Source: Fistulifera solaris
Taxonomy: Eukaryota
Reading direction: 5' to 3'
Assembly: GCA_030295235.1 (NCBI GenBank)
Contig: AP026133.1
Coordinates: 992,001-1,056,000, forward strand
Length of the DNA stretch: 64,000 bases
Below the pieces are notes generated by a model. The model ran no database searches. It was not told the DNA's origin and saw nothing but the letters and a program-made list of their open reading frames with translations. The position numbers and the translations under genes were made by a program. Positions within the stretch are counted from its first letter, which is position 1. Every line of letters begins with the position of its first letter. Positions 13,492-27,906 of this stretch are shown here, piece by piece.

Positions 13492-15199
13492 CTGACTAAA
13501 TGGTTGATGAAAATAAGTACGGAGTAATTAAAGCAGATGATAATGAAACTAATAAGGAGAATGAGAGAAAGAAAGAAGCAAACGCAATTTTTTTTTCGTC
13601 GCTTCTCTTGGTTGCGCGGTGGCCGTTGCGGAAAATAGTGAGCGAAGGACAGACGTAAACATAGGACTGGCTTCATTCTCAAAACATTAAGTGACGCCTC
13701 CCAGCAAAGAAAGTGCTTCATTTACAATGTAATTACTCGGCGATGAAGATGCCTAACTCATATACATTACCACTAGTAAAATACTTCAACAAAGCATAGA
13801 TTTTGTGAGTGCTTAATAGCCGGAGCGAAGAGTTTAATGGAGCGCTGGATCCATCGCGCGATCTTCACATATTGAGGACAAACTCAATTCTCAATTTTCA
13901 GCTGATATCTTTCTCTAGACTAACAAGATAGACATACACAGCGGACGTGCAGTGCAACAACTGTCGGTATCGTGTCAGAACCCAAGATCGTGTCGCTGGT
14001 TGTGGCTATGTTCTTTCAAGCTTTCTATTTTCGTTTCTAACTCTCCAGACGTGAGATTAGGTTACGTAATGAGATGTGTGCCAGAGCTAGAGTCTGAGAT
14101 TCGCCGAGGCGCGAGGAAATACCTGGTAAATAATTTGCTTATACAATTTCTTGCAGCCGACGAGCGACGAGCTATTCCATCGTCACGAGAATTAAACCAT
14201 ACCTGGTAGTTGCTCGTGGATGTTTCGTGGATTTTTTTATCTTGAAGCAGGCCAGAAAGAGAAAGGTAAAAGGTATTTCAGTCTTGGGCTGGACGCTGGA
14301 AGCTGGACTACTTGTACTGACTTTGTTACTGTCACGACATTCTAAAAAGTTTTGGTTTGCAGGTGGCATTAAAATGATTATTTTGCCGTTTGCCATGCGT
14401 TCCCCGCTTATCACTTCATACTTCCTCCGCGGGTAATCCGAACAGTTCTGTAATTCTATAGCGTAAGATGTACTCTTTGTAAATTGTCCGACGTCATCCA
14501 GAATGAGAAAGAGGAACGAGAGGTCGTAATTAATTGTTGCCATGCCCAATTCCCCACTGTTGAATGCTGAAAATGATCGCCTGATTCACTCGAAAATGTC
14601 CGGGGAACACAGGCGATGATGTTTCACGATGTAGAATGTACCAGGTACTTGGCTACTGTCTACTGTCTAATGTCCGACAGCTTTTCATTTACTTAACATT
14701 TTTATCGTTTTTCTTTTAAATGTTTTGCAGTGTACGATACTATAACTGAGACCACGAACGGAATTTTAAGTATTATTCATTCTACGGATCGGAAAATGTA
14801 CTGTTTTCCTTATTACTCCGGGTATCAATTTGTCCATTTTCATGTTCCGGGTTCCAGTCCCAGTCCTGTGTGCGATTCTTTTCGCAGCAAGTCATCGGTC
14901 ATCACGAGAAAAAGACTATTGTAAATGTCTGTTTCTACTACGGGTGAGTAGGTTATTCTACGACGTCCTCGTGGACAATCCCAACAGAATACTTCCTTGC
15001 ACGATGTTGAGGTGACTTTTCTGTCCCACCTGAACGAGAACCGAGAGAATAACACCGCCCAACTCCCAACCAAGAAGCAAACGCCTTTCGTGTTGCCCAT
15101 GCAAAGAATCAGCAAAGGGCCACATCGACTGCGGGATAATAAATAACACCACCACAATAGCATTCAAAGCGAGTTTCCGCTAGCAAACTAGCAAGCGAC

Positions 15200-16374
15200 A
15201 TGACTTACTTGAAGTCCAGTGAGAATGTGCAAGCTTCCGAGCTTGAGAACGAGAGCAAGCCGCAGAGGGAGGGTGGTTGTGAGCTCACGGCTGCAGCTGC
15301 ACTTACGACCTTGCTTTCGTCAACCATTGAGCCACCGAAAGACGCCGAAGAACACGACGATGAAGAAGATGCCGATGACGGAGAACATAACGCAAGCGAT
15401 ACCGACTTCAGTATCCCGCAAAGGTACACGAGAAGTGGCCGCAAGAGAGCTGTATCGTTTCCTTTGAAGGTACGTTGTCTCCTTGATTTGCATGTTTTGT
15501 ACACAGAGACTCATCGTCACACTCAATACGGTTTGCGTCTTTCTCTTTAGCTAATGAAAGTTCTTTCTACGAAAAGCCACGCGGATGTTATTGCTTGGAT
15601 GCCCTCGGGAAAATCTTTTAGTATCCTGGACTCGAAACGCTTCATTTCGGATGTCCTTCCCGGCACATTCAAACAAGCCAAACTTTCATCATTTACGAGA
15701 AAGCTGCATCGCTGGGGATTCCTCCGTCATTACCGAGGCGAAGAATCGGGGGCGTACTATCATGAAAACTTTCAAAAGGTCGCTTGGACTTGGTGGAGGC
15801 AATGACTTGCAACAAACAAGACACTGCACAACCACCGGCTGCCTCGTTGCCCCTCGAAAGGCAAAGAGAACAACACCCGGCTGCACCGAATCCAAGTGCA
15901 AGTTCTGCTGCAAGTATGCCTTTGCGGCGTCCGTCGACCGCTCTCGAAACTGCTTTGGCAAGGTCGCGCTTGCAAACTCCCTCAGCCCCGCAGATGGGTG
16001 CGGCTGACTTGAGTGCAGCCATTGAGTTTGAAGTGGCACGTCGAATTCGAGAGAAGATTAATGAAGATGCTTTTAACCGTCGCGCCTTTGCCCTTCTTCG
16101 AGAACAGCAGCTTATGCAACAGAGACAGCAAGACCAGCATATGCTTCTTCAGCTCAAACGTCAGCAAGAGCAGAGACTTCAACTACTCGCAGCAATGCCA
16201 CTGGCTAATCAAAATCAGCTTCGCTGGAGCCAGCAAGGTATTACGATGCTGAAGACTTTGATTCCGGAAGGCAAGCTGGCCTTGTCGGTGGCACCTGGCG
16301 GTAGCAGCCTATCGGAAAGTCAGCCTTTCCAGAGTCTCCCCAAGACGAATATCACTGGTGCCAAAACAGCTTAA
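15200..16374 (+). CDS. HSF-type DNA-binding transcription factor; intron 15470-15550; frameshift near 15775
   Basis: FPLK|LMKVLS...IAWMPSGKSFSI...FKQAKLSSFTRKLHRWGF is an HSF DNA-binding domain, followed by a Gln-rich C-terminal region. Confidence 0.88.
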
Positions 16375-16617
16375 GAGTAGACGCTCGACTAGTCGAACAC
16401 CGTTCAAATTAACATATAGCTTACGTATTAGTAGTTTTACATTGCGTATACAACTATTGCTTTATACCCCTGTCCACGTCGTCTCGAGAAACGTCTAAAA
16501 CGCAAGCGCATCTAAAGTGTTCTAAGCGTTGTAGTTCAACAAACAACGCAAGAGCAGTGAAGGGTTACAACAGCTACTTAGATTTAACAAATAGGATACT
16601 TCTCAATCTCTCTTCTT

Positions 16618-17437
16618 TCAAACTTTGTCGGCAGTCATCGACTTTTGTTGAAGAAATGTGCTTACAGCACCAGCAACTGCATTATCCACATCCCTCACGA
16701 TAGCAGACCTCATCGATGCACTTCCCTGTTCTTCCATTTTCTCTTTTGATGTAGGTAAAATGTTCAATAACGTTTTCGGGAATACGACGTAGATCTTGGC
16801 ACACACCTCGAATTGGAGCGCCAATGAATCGCCTGAATCGACAATGGAAGCGGACGATTTGATCTCATTCGATGTCTTCAAGAAATCGTCTTTGCTTTCT
16901 TTAGACCTTCCTGTCAATTTATTGAAAAGCCAGACGACAGGTGCTGCTCCTGAAACGGATTGCTTCTCGGCCAGCAAAAGAAATTCGTATTTGGGTCGAC
17001 CCGTCGTGTCCCGGACGAGATTGCAACCGTTGCACACCGTCGAAAATAGCGTAAGGCCCGGAAATTTCGAGTCCGTGTCCGTAAGGAAGAGTCTGGAGTC
17101 ACTGCTTCGTTTGGAAAAAGACGGAGTTTTCTGACAAATGTCATCCCAGTAACCTTCAAAGACGGGCGAAAGGGTACCTTCTTCGACCTTACGTTTCCCT
17201 CCCGAGCTGAGCAACGATAGGCATATTTCATTCGTTTCAAACAATTCAAGAAACTCTTGTTTTCGATCCACTGGTATTGGTTCGGATGTCATTTTATAAT
17301 CGACCGAGAACGTGAGTGTTTCTTGATTGGCAGCGAGATGCAACGCAGTAGACGACCTCTGTGTTGAGACGACGAATGCGTTCGCCGTTCCGCTCGAGTA
17401 AAAAACTCAACGTGAATAAAATCCGTAGCTTCCACAT
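16618..17437 (-). CDS. Uncharacterised, probably plastid-targeted protein (frameshift near 17400)
   Basis: 241-aa ORF. Correcting the T-run near 17400 gives a signal peptide plus ANA|FVV (ASAFAP-like) and a Ser/Thr-rich transit region. Confidence 0.6.
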
Positions 17438-17926
17438 GGCAAGCGCAAGTTTACTTTGCATTGATTGCCATGTAGTCACCCGCTTTGTCGAACATTGTCG
17501 AACAATAGATCATTACAAGTACAAGTATTGGCCTTGAAAAGTGGCTGCCGAAAAGCGAAAAGCGCGATTAAAAACGAAAGTGGAACGCCAACGTCACACG
17601 TCACCAAAGAAACCTATGCCATATTTTTGATCATGCTGCGACTTTATACATAAAACCTTTGGTTGCGCTCGGACTTATTACGTGACCAAAATGTCATCTC
17701 GTGAGTCACTTGAGAACACCGGCTTTTGCATCATGATTGCAAATAATGAATTCTTTGACTTCAAAAGCCTTCCGAACTCAGGATCATCAGAATTCATTCG
17801 AGACAAACTTGCCATCGATGCTGTCAACACGATGTAATCCAGGGCAGTCACTTCAAAACAGTGACAGATGGCTTTCTAATTCGAAAGGTTGCGCAATTCT
17901 TGATATGTTCTGCTTTTAAAATCAGG

Positions 17927-20900
17927 ATGATGACTTTTCTTCTCTGTCATCTTCGGGGCACAAGTCAAAACCTTCCTCGCTATTTATTCGTTCGCACCAA
18001 AGCAACATTGACGGTAGGAATCGCAAAGGAAACATATAATGTATGGGAAAGTCGTGCTCCTATCACACCGGATCAAGTCGAACGCTTACGGCAGAGCAGT
18101 CACGAACGCATTCGCTTTCTCGTGCAGCCTTCCGCGCAGCGCATTTTTTCCAACCAACAATATCAGTTAGCGGGGCGGAACTCAACGAAGATCTGACTGA
18201 AGCCGATGTTATTTTAGGAGTGAAACGACCCAAAGATCCGTCGGACTTGATACCCCGAAAGACTTACGTTTTCTTTTCACATACAACCAAAGGACAGCCA
18301 GAAAACATGCGTTTGCTCCAAGAATGTCTGCAAAAGAAGATTCAATTGTTTGATTACGAGAAGATGGTATCGTCAGAATCAACCAGTACGGGAAAAGTCC
18401 AGCGGCTCGTATCGTTTGGTCGATTCGCGGGCATGGCCGGAACCATGGATTCGTTTCACGCACTCGGTCGACGATTGCTGCACCGCGACGGCGCAAACAC
18501 TCCTCTGTTAGCCTGTCCCCCAGCCATGATGAACCATACACTCGATCAAGCACGAGAGCGAGTCAAACAAATGGGGGAACGAATTGCTTTGGAGGGTATG
18601 GATCTGTCGGAACCTCTGGTGATCGCGGTGACTGGAAAAGGCGGTACCGTTCATGGTGGTGTCATGGAAATTTTGAAATTGCTCCCCCATGAGATAGTAA
18701 CAATCGGCGACCTTCCGCAACTTGTTTCGAAAAAAGCCATCGGTGGTCAAGAAAGAACCGGAACGCAAAATCTATGTGGCACCGATTGGCACGAGCGATG
18801 TATATGAGCACTACAGCACGAGTGTTAAATTCGACAGAAAGGACTTTCGCGCCCATCCGTGTCATTACCAGTCTCTTTTTGCGAGTCGAGTAGCCCCTTA
18901 TGTGCATTGCATCATCAACGCAGTTTACTGGGATCTACGCTTTCCACGACTGTTGACGAAGGAGCAGATTCGACGACAGTTTGAACGTGGTAACAATCGG
19001 TAAGTTCTCTCTTGGCATACTTTTCTTTCGGTCAGGAGGAATCATGTAGATCTTAGCTGCAGTGTAGCTTGCTTTTATTGTCAGACATTACGTGTGATGT
19101 GAATGGTTCTATTGAGTTTTTGGAGCGCACTACTACCATTGAAGAACCGTTCTTTCATTACAACCCGCTCACCGGCGCGGAAGTCTCGCCAGGTATAGGC
19201 ACAAGTGGAATAACCGTCCTTGGTGTCGACATTCTTCCTTCGGAGCTTCCTCGTGACAGTAGCGCTCACTTCGGAGAGGCCGTTTCTCATGTTCTCGAGC
19301 AAATTTTAACAACGAAGGATGAAGAAAAGGCGTCGAATGCTGGCATTGATACGAGTCTTCTGTCACCCGGATTGGTAAGTGAATTTATCACGTTACATGT
19401 TGCTTTGCTGAGCGATTCTGACAGCTTGGCTTCAGGCGCAATCATGTCTTACCACCTCAGATGGAAAGTTGGAATCTAGCTATCGTTACTTGTATGCTAT
19501 GCTAGAAAAGGCGCCTCCAATAGATAGGCTACAAAGAACGATGATCTTGGCACTCAAAGGGCACCTGTTCGACTCAGGGCTCATTAATCTGATAGCCGAT
19601 TCTGCCGTGGACAATGGATGCACACTTTCCTTTGAGGAATGCATAATTCCGTCAGCTAAACCATTTTCAGGACAAAACATGTCCTCTGTCGTGCTTAAGG
19701 TTGCTGGGCCCAATGACGACGTATTGAAAGCAGTGGAAGGACAAGTGGAAAGTCTGGTACGTATTATACAAAAAGCTGAAGCGACGGTGGTTCGGAAAGA
19801 TGCTTTAAAGCCAGTGGCGGTGAAAGATAACCCCGTCGAGCAAACGGTATTACTTCTTGGGGCGGGGCTCGTTTCAAAGACCGTTGTCAGCTTTCTTAGC
19901 AAGCAGGACCATCTTAAAATTATTGTCGCATCCGATTCCGATAAAGCAAGTAGGTCCTCCGCCTCAGTTTCCGGTAAAGCAGCAGCGGTCACAGTTGACG
20001 TTCAGAAAGATCCCCGCTCTTTGTCGACTTTGATCGAAGCATCCGACGCGGTGATTTCACTTCTACCTGCACCGATTCATCCTCTAATCGTGCATCACTG
20101 CCTTCAGCATAGGAAGCATCTTGTTACCGCAAGCTACGAGAGTGACGAAATGCGATCACTCAGAGACAACGCGAAACGAATTGGTATCATTATTCTCAAT
20201 GAAGTAGGTTTGGACCCAGGACTCGATCACATGAGCGCCATGAAAATCATCGACGACATCAAATCACGAGGGGGTAAGGTCACCACCTTTTCTAGCTATT
20301 GTGGGGGACTACCGTCGCCGGATGCAGCTAATAATGCCTTGAAGTATAAGTTTAGTTGGAGTCCAATGGGTGTTATCCGGGCAAGCAAAAACGATGCGAG
20401 ATACCGAAAAGACGGGCATCTGTGTGACATTGCAGGCGCGGATTTGCTCTCACACGCAACACCATTTCACTACGCCTGGCCAGATCTTGCTTTAGAACAC
20501 TTGCCAAATCGGAATTCTCTCGCCTATGAGGATATTTACAATATCAAAGGGGCGGCAACAGTGTATAGAGCGACGCTGCGTTACCAGGGATTTTCAGCTA
20601 TCATGGACATCTTCAGGATATTAGGTCTTTTTGAAGAGACTCCGCTCAAGGGATCGACTTGGATCGATGTTATGAAAGAACAGACACATGGTTTTGGAGC
20701 CACGGGATCGCTTCATGACTTTTTGTTGTCGAAGACAGATAACGCAGAACTAGCGTCGGTTGCATTCCAAACGATGGAGCGTTTCGGCATGACAAGCGTT
20801 CGGCCAGTACCGAAGTCATCCTCTTTAGTCGATGCATTTTGTAAAGTTTTGGAAAGCAATATGCAGTACGAGAGACACGAACACGACATGGTACTCATGC

Positions 20901-21187
20901 ACCATACCATTGAAGCAATATTCGAAGACAATTCTCTAGAACGGCATCAATCCAATCTCCGCGTTCTAGGTGACGAGACAGCTTCAGCCATGAGTAAAAC
21001 TGTTGGCTATACGACTGCTGCTGCCACTAAACTCATACTGGATGGCTCACTGAAGAACCACAGTGGTCTCTTGTTGCCAACATTCCCAGCTATATATGAG
21101 CCCGTTCTCAAGCAATTAGCTAGAGAAGGTATCGTTTTTGATGACGATGTGTTTGTGTCATCACGCCAACGGATCCAAGAGGACTAG
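17927..21187 (+). CDS. AASS: Alpha-aminoadipic semialdehyde synthase (lysine-ketoglutarate reductase/saccharopine dehydrogenase); introns ~19000-19067 and 19374-19435; frameshifts near 18171 and 18730
   Basis: LKR motifs (WESRAPITP, FFSHTTKGQPENM, SFGRFAGMAG, DITCDVNGSIEF, VDILPSELPRDSSAHFG), plant-type linker GHLFDSGLIN, SDH motifs (LLGAGLVS, EVGLDPGLDHMSA, YKFSWSPMG, AMSKTVG). Confidence 0.93.
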
Positions 21188-21786
21188 CGTAGTCTCACAG
21201 CTAACCCGACACAACCAGAACACTTGATCAAGTCCTTATCAATTCATACTCCGTAATAAAAATATAGACACTCGACTTTGGTGACTTTTCTTCGAAATGG
21301 ACTTCACGTTTTTTTTTGGGTTTCTTGGGACCTGGACAGATATTTCGGAGACTGGATACCGGATTCACATAATATTATTGAGAATTCCATAATAACAAAA
21401 CCAAAAATGGGTCACAAGTCACAAGGCTAAATTAATTTTACTACAACGGAAATCGGGACGGACATGACAAACACCGCGACCTTCCTGCCCTTCTCAAAAC
21501 CTTTCCTTGGACTTTTTATCATGAACGAATGAAAAAAAAAGATATCTCTCCGACGACTCCATATTCCATTGACGGGTCGTGTGAATTTGGCGAACCGATC
21601 CATGTGCATAGGAAGAACTTCCTTCGTTTCGATCAGTCCTGTTGAGACGTGACAACAAAGCGTCGTTCTTGTGTTGCAGATATTCGCAAGATCGATTGAA
21701 TTATCGTGAACCCCTTTTTCATAACACGCATCCCGTCATTGAATTTCCTTTCATGGAATTACTTCATATCCTTCATTCAGAACATA

Positions 21787-22801
21787 ATGGCTTTTCGAAC
21801 GCTTTCTTTCTTTTTTGCTTGTTGTGGCTTTGTTCACAAGCTCCTTAACTTGGACGTCCGCTCAAGAGCTTCGTGGTGGCAATCGTTTTCAAGGTCGCGG
21901 TCTCGTTCTATGCTGGCTGTTCAACTGCCCTGACCGTGATACAGAGAATAACAACAGCAACAATGACAGCAATTCCGAAAATAACATCAACAATGAAGAA
22001 GAAGACGATAAGGATAACAACTCGAAACCAGAGCCAATTGTAGAACGGGGATGGATGACAGACACAGTCAGCGATATTTGGTGTGGTCTCTTCCGAGTAT
22101 GCGACGATAACAAGGATGACAAGCCGGACCCCGTCAGTGAGATTGCGGGTGATATAGCGAATACTACGGATGATAGCAAACCCATTGCTGAAGCTTGGAA
22201 TGCGAGTAAAGATTCCGATACCCCCTTGCGAGACTTCTTTGGTGAGCTGTTGAATCAGGAAGATAGTTCCGAGCCGGTGCGGGATTTCGTGGAGGAAGCT
22301 TACAATCGCACGGATGCTCCTTTACTGGATTTTGTTGCCGAGTTGTTTGACACGGTTCAAAACGTCACTGCGGAAAGTTTTGTCAACCAAGTGTTCAACG
22401 GAACGAAACCCGTTCAAAATTACGTGTCCCAATGGATGACCGAGGACGTCTTCGGAAATCTCAACTGCACCTCAGCCGGTCCTAGATGTGCATACAACCT
22501 GGAAGGAGATGAAGGTGTCTGGGTTTGTCGATCTGTTCGAAACCCATTCAAGTTGAATAGTGAACCCGTCAATGAAACGTTGTGTTCCGCGCCCGATTAT
22601 TCCTTTGTTGATAATGATAAGTGCGGCTCCTGTGATGGTATCTACCCGACTCCCTGCACCTGTTCATGTGACTTTCAAGCGACGAACGACGGAGTCTTTG
22701 TCACGTTAGATGGTAGCTCGAAACGACAATGTGTCAACAAAGCCTGGGCTACCAGTTCGCTAGTTTCCTTTGACTCGTTCAAGTGCGTCACAGAATGCTA
22801 A
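21787..22801 (+). CDS. Secreted protein with Asn/Asp-rich and Cys-rich regions (frameshift in signal peptide near 21812)
   Basis: Corrected N-terminus MAFRTLSFFLLVVALFTSSLTWTSAQELRGG (signal peptide plus LRG), an N/D-rich linker and a C-terminal Cys-rich domain. Confidence 0.7.
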
Positions 22802-23326
22802 GCGTCGTCTTGAACCTACTCTTTTATAATATTATACTACTGAACAAGTAAAGTAAAGCTTGATGGCGCTTATGGAAATGAGTAATTCTGTATAATTGGA
22901 TGGAAAAGGACGATGCCAAACATAGTACCTGTATTCTCAGAACAACGTACCATGCGGTCAAGCATTTTCTCTTTTTTCTTTTCATACAAGTACAACGTAT
23001 TTTTACCATTATCGAGTTGCTGTTGAGTCATGCTTCTATCATCATACGGAGTATTCAAAGTCCAAAAGCGCTCGTATCATTGACTTAAATTTATTATATA
23101 CGCCAGAGTGTAGGCAACCTTTTATCAAGACTGGATTTTCTTCTATGAGTCATGAGTTGGACGTTGCAACAAACGCGAAAAAAAATGCGGCCGCGATGAT
23201 CTTTTCATTTATGATCGGCTGATTAATAGAGCAACTCATATTATTGGTAGTTCGTGGAAGTATTTTTGCGCTTGCCTAATAGTCGTTTCGGATTGTCGCT
23301 GCGGCGCCTTAATTTAAGACAATAGA

Positions 23327-25275
23327 ATGGAACAACCAAACAAACGCAAGAACGTTGACAACGCCCTCGAGCCGTCCGGAAAGCGTCGTCGTCGCTTGGA
23401 CAACATTCCGACATCCCATCATTATCACGTCTCCTGGATGCACGCAAACATAGTGACACATATTGTATGCAGTGTCAAACATGGATACATTATCACCGCC
23501 AGTCAGGATGGAGTGGTCAAGTTCTGGAAACGATTGCCCGTCGACCATCGCTGCCTCGAATTTGTCAAGTCCTTCACAGCCCACGCCGGTCCGATTCGCG
23601 CTCTCTGTATCGATGAAGCGGGAGATCAAGTAGCTTCCGTCGGGTGTGACAAAATGATTAAATTTTACGATGTGAGTTCGTTTGACGTCTCGTGGTATTT
23701 CCCGACCGGACTTGATTTAGGGACATCGGCATGTTGGATCGATCGCGATCGAGTGGCATGTGCCTCGGCGTCGAATGGCCTTATCTATATTATTACCACT
23801 ACAGAACAAGAAGTGCAAAAGGTGAAATTGCATGGGGATAATTTGGTGACTTGCTTGTTGTACAATTCGCGATTTCAGACGGTCATGTCTACCGACCAAA
23901 AAGGCATTATTGAATTTTGGGATGCATCGCATAGCAAACTGGGCGAGCCTCTGTCCATACATCGCCACGGAATCTCATACGAGTCGAAATTCACGGATAC
24001 AGATCTCTATACATTGATGAAAAGAAAACATTTGTCATTGCCGGAGCATCGCAGGGAAGTGTTTACGCTCTCTTTTGTGCCGACTCCAAGATACGACTGC
24101 TCGACCATGCAACCGGAAAGATTTTAGTAGCCTTTGACGAACGATCGAAAGTGTACGATGCGCAATTCTCTCAGTATGATATAGATGCCATGGATTACGG
24201 ACGTAGAGCCGCTACAGAGCGAGAAATTCAGCATGAATCGACCGTATACAATGCTGGCTTCACCAACGAGGCGTCGTCAGTGCCTTTACGAATATCTTTG
24301 CAGTTCGACTCCAGTGGCCAGTATTTGTTAGTACCGACGATGATGGGCATCAAGTGTATGGACTGGCAGCGTCGCAAACTCGTTGCATTGATAGGAAAGG
24401 TTGATGCAAGTCAGTTGCGTTTTCTGTCCATTTGCCTAGCACCTGGGAACGCAAATTTCGATCGACAATTGTTGTTAGCGAGAGGTGAAGGGTCGAATCA
24501 AGCTATATCCGAGGAGAAAGAAGCGGGAGAAAAGTTGGGAGACGCTCTTCTGCTCACGACAGCCTACAGCCATCGCCGCGTTTATGTGTTCAGTCATGTC
24601 GACCCCGTCAGTGATAATTTGACAGACCAAGGCGAAACGCTCCAGCAACGAGACGTGTGGAACGAAAGGCCAATGGGCGATGATGCTCTTTATCATCACG
24701 GTGGCGGTAAAAGCAAACTACAGGATGCCTCGAAAAGCGTGTCGCGGGCTGTCATTCGTACGACTCTTGGTGATATTCATATCGAACTATTCTCGAAGCA
24801 AGTGCCTAAAACGATTGAAAACTTCGTGGGTCATGCCCAATCCGGTTACTATGAGAATGTCATTTTCACCGGGTCATCAAAGGTAAGTTGTTTTTCATTG
24901 TGTTTTACTTTGCCATACTCCTCCACCTCACTTGTTCAATGATATCGCGAAGGCTTCATGCTTCAGACGGGTGACCCACTAGGCGATGGTACTGGTGGAG
25001 AAAGCATTTGGGGTGGTGAGTTCGAAGATGAGTTTGTTCCTGGCTTAAGACACGATAGACCTTTCACGGTATCGATGGCAAATGCCGGACCGAATACAAA
25101 CGGCAGTCAAGTTTTTATCACGACCGTCCCCTGTCCCTGGTTGGATAACAAGCATACAGTATTTGGTCGAGTAGTAAAGGGGATGGATGTGTGCACGGCA
25201 ATTGAGAACGTGAAAACGGATGACTTGGACAAACCCCTCGAAGAGATAGCTATACATAATATCGATTTGGATTAG
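23327..25275 (+). CDS. PPWD1: Peptidylprolyl isomerase domain and WD-repeat protein 1; intron 24883-24952; frameshifts near 24021 and 24866
   Basis: WD40 N-terminus ([33 protein letters not shown]) plus cyclophilin domain ([42 protein letters not shown]). Confidence 0.95.
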
Positions 25276-25335
25276 TCTTATGTGTCCTCACACTTGGATT
25301 ACGTAGGGCGATCGCATTAAATGATAACCCGCGTC

Positions 25336-27906
25336 AAATTGAAGTGAATCCTAGAACATAAAGCGCGACACAACAACTAGTGGACAAACTATAGCAAACA
25401 ACAATCCTCACGACCACAAAACCGCTTGAGCGCGCCAAATTGGACAGAGTTAGATGGAGGAGCTCCTCTGTCACCATTACCCATCGCGCGCATCCATCAG
25501 TTGTATTAGTTTATTAATTTTAGTTTATTTGCTTTTGAAATGAACAAAGTGTCAGCATGAAGGTGTTGTGGTCAATTTTTCATTGTGCTGGGACATATGG
25601 GGGACCCTTGCTAGTGCCCGTAACCGCTAACCTATTTCTAGGATAACTCATAAGCACCGCAAGAGCTCCGAAGGCATTAAGCAGATCTCAACAAGCGATC
25701 ACAAACGCCCATGTATCCGGTTGGGAGCGGAAAGGCGAATGTGGCTTTCATAAGCTGCTCAGCGGGTGAACCCCAAACCCCGCTCAACCGTTACCATTGC
25801 TTCACCAATCATCGGCGCACACAGTTCTTCGGCACGCCTAATGGATCCCACAATTCAGGTGAAGAACTTTTCCCAGCACAATGCTCCAACTGCGTGTTTT
25901 CCGGTAAGGCAGGAAGCCTCGCAAGCAGGCAAGCGAATCGTCGAGACGACACGAGGTTGCCGTTTCGCTAGAGACGACTCCTCCTTCCTCGGGACATACG
26001 CACCACAACCCTTCATGCGCTCCCACTATGTATCCAACCATAGGGTCCCAAGCTGTGATCGCAGGCCACAGCTTTGGCAACAACTGAATACGGGGAGGAC
26101 ATCAAACCTCTCTCAGTCGCCTTCGAGAGGAGATGTGAGAAGAAGAAGAAGAACGCGGCGAAAAAGAGAGAAACAAAATTCAGCGATGCTTCTCCTACCG
26201 TAAAATCAAAAATAAGTTTGATCTCTTAAACTGAATTTAAATTCACTTAGAGGGAGCTATCTAAGTATTTCTGTCTCGAGCAACGGTTTTTTTCCATGTA
26301 TCGGTTGGGATCCCACGATCCACGAATGAATATCACGGTATACGCCTCTGGATATTTTCCAATATTGATGAACGCAGCTGCGAGCCCGGCCCGCTAGTCT
26401 CACCAGCAACATCCGCGTTTGAAATTCAATTCGCACAAGGGGGGAAAGAATGGATGTCGAGTCCATTGAAGGCACTTTTGTGTGCCTCGACGATGATAAA
26501 TGGGTGAGATGATTTCTGGATGTTTTGTTAGTTGCGTTTTCTTTGCGACGCGTTCACGCACTGTTTCAGTCTTGTTATTTCAATCGCACGGTGCTTCGAT
26601 GTAATGCCAGTCTGCGTGTCTGCGTCTGCGTGTCGTCGATGAAAGCCACAGCGCATGCGTCCATTTTGCTTTATTATTATACCCTGTATTGACATTATTC
26701 CCATGAAAGAAAAGGATTTGATGAATATTCAGAACTATTGATGATTCGGGAAACAGAACATGCCCCAACATTTCCGAATCGAACGAGGAAAGCCGCTGTT
26801 TATCGAGATATTGGAGGACCTTCACGCAATATTCGGATCGAACAGGGCTCAAACAGCATAAATCATCCGATGGCATTCTCGTGCGCAAGTCGTAGCGATT
26901 GGAATACAAGTATGTTAATCCGATTGACACGGATGGAAAGGACATAACGATGATGTGGAAAACGACCGACTTTTGTCTGTATCTGGTCGTGAACTTAGTG
27001 GAATAATCGTCGAACAATTAGTACGATCGGTGAGACAGTTATCAATGGGAGATCGGGTCAGTGGGCCGATCATCTTTCTTGTGCAAATTGCTAGTATTGT
27101 CATCGCGAACTTGCACAACAGAGTGCTTCAATTAGCAGCAACCTGGCTTCAAGTATAGTGACAAAATCGCGGAATACATGGCCATCTCTCGTGCCGATCG
27201 TAATGTCAAACGCATTTCCGAAACTGTTTCGTTCGTTCAAGTGGCGTCGCGAGAGTGTCGATTCACGACCGCCTATCGTGATGTGAAGTAGCAAGGAAGT
27301 CTACAACAAGGTGAATTGATAGCGATATTTGGGGCCGGCGGAGTTGGTCTTTCTTGTGTCATGGTGGAAGCATCGATAGGGAGAAACAATTGTGGCAATT
27401 GATCGGTCAAACGACGCACTCGACTTGGCAAGGGAGCTGGGTGCTAGGATCGAAACCAATAGGCGTGGGCTCTGGATTTGTACGGCCCGTCTTCAGCATG
27501 TCTTTTTCGCAATACGAAGCTAGATGTTCTCGTCTTAAAAAGACCTGTCGCCGGCCTGCTACGTGATGACAGATAGCTTTTCTCCACATCTAGCATTGGG
27601 TCTGTCCCGCGAAACACTCGAAGAACCGAAAGCGGGTCATTGGTAACAACACTTAGCAAAGCTTTCGGCGAATCCGTGTCTGCTTCATCGGCCTCAGTAA
27701 ACCTATTGTTGCTCCATGTCATGAACCAACAGGAGAAAAAACTTTGTGAATTGCTGCTTGGTTCGACATGTCCTTCCAATCGGGCGAATATCTGCAGATG
27801 CCGAAGCGTCGCATTCATTGTCTCTTCGTGCGCCAAGGACAAAGCTTACTTTAATAGGACAATCGTGAGCTCGGCGGTTGAAAATGCAACATTGTTCCAG
27901 TCATCC
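25336..27906 (+). repeat. Block A, left copy (inverted copy at 55912-58489)
   Basis: Reverse-complement match read directly, e.g. gcaaacaacaatcctcacgaccacaaaaccgcttgagcgcgcc. Identical ORF translations in both copies (26955-27158 = 56666-56869; 27100-27294 = 56530-56724; 26915-27118 = 56706-56909). Confidence 0.95.
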
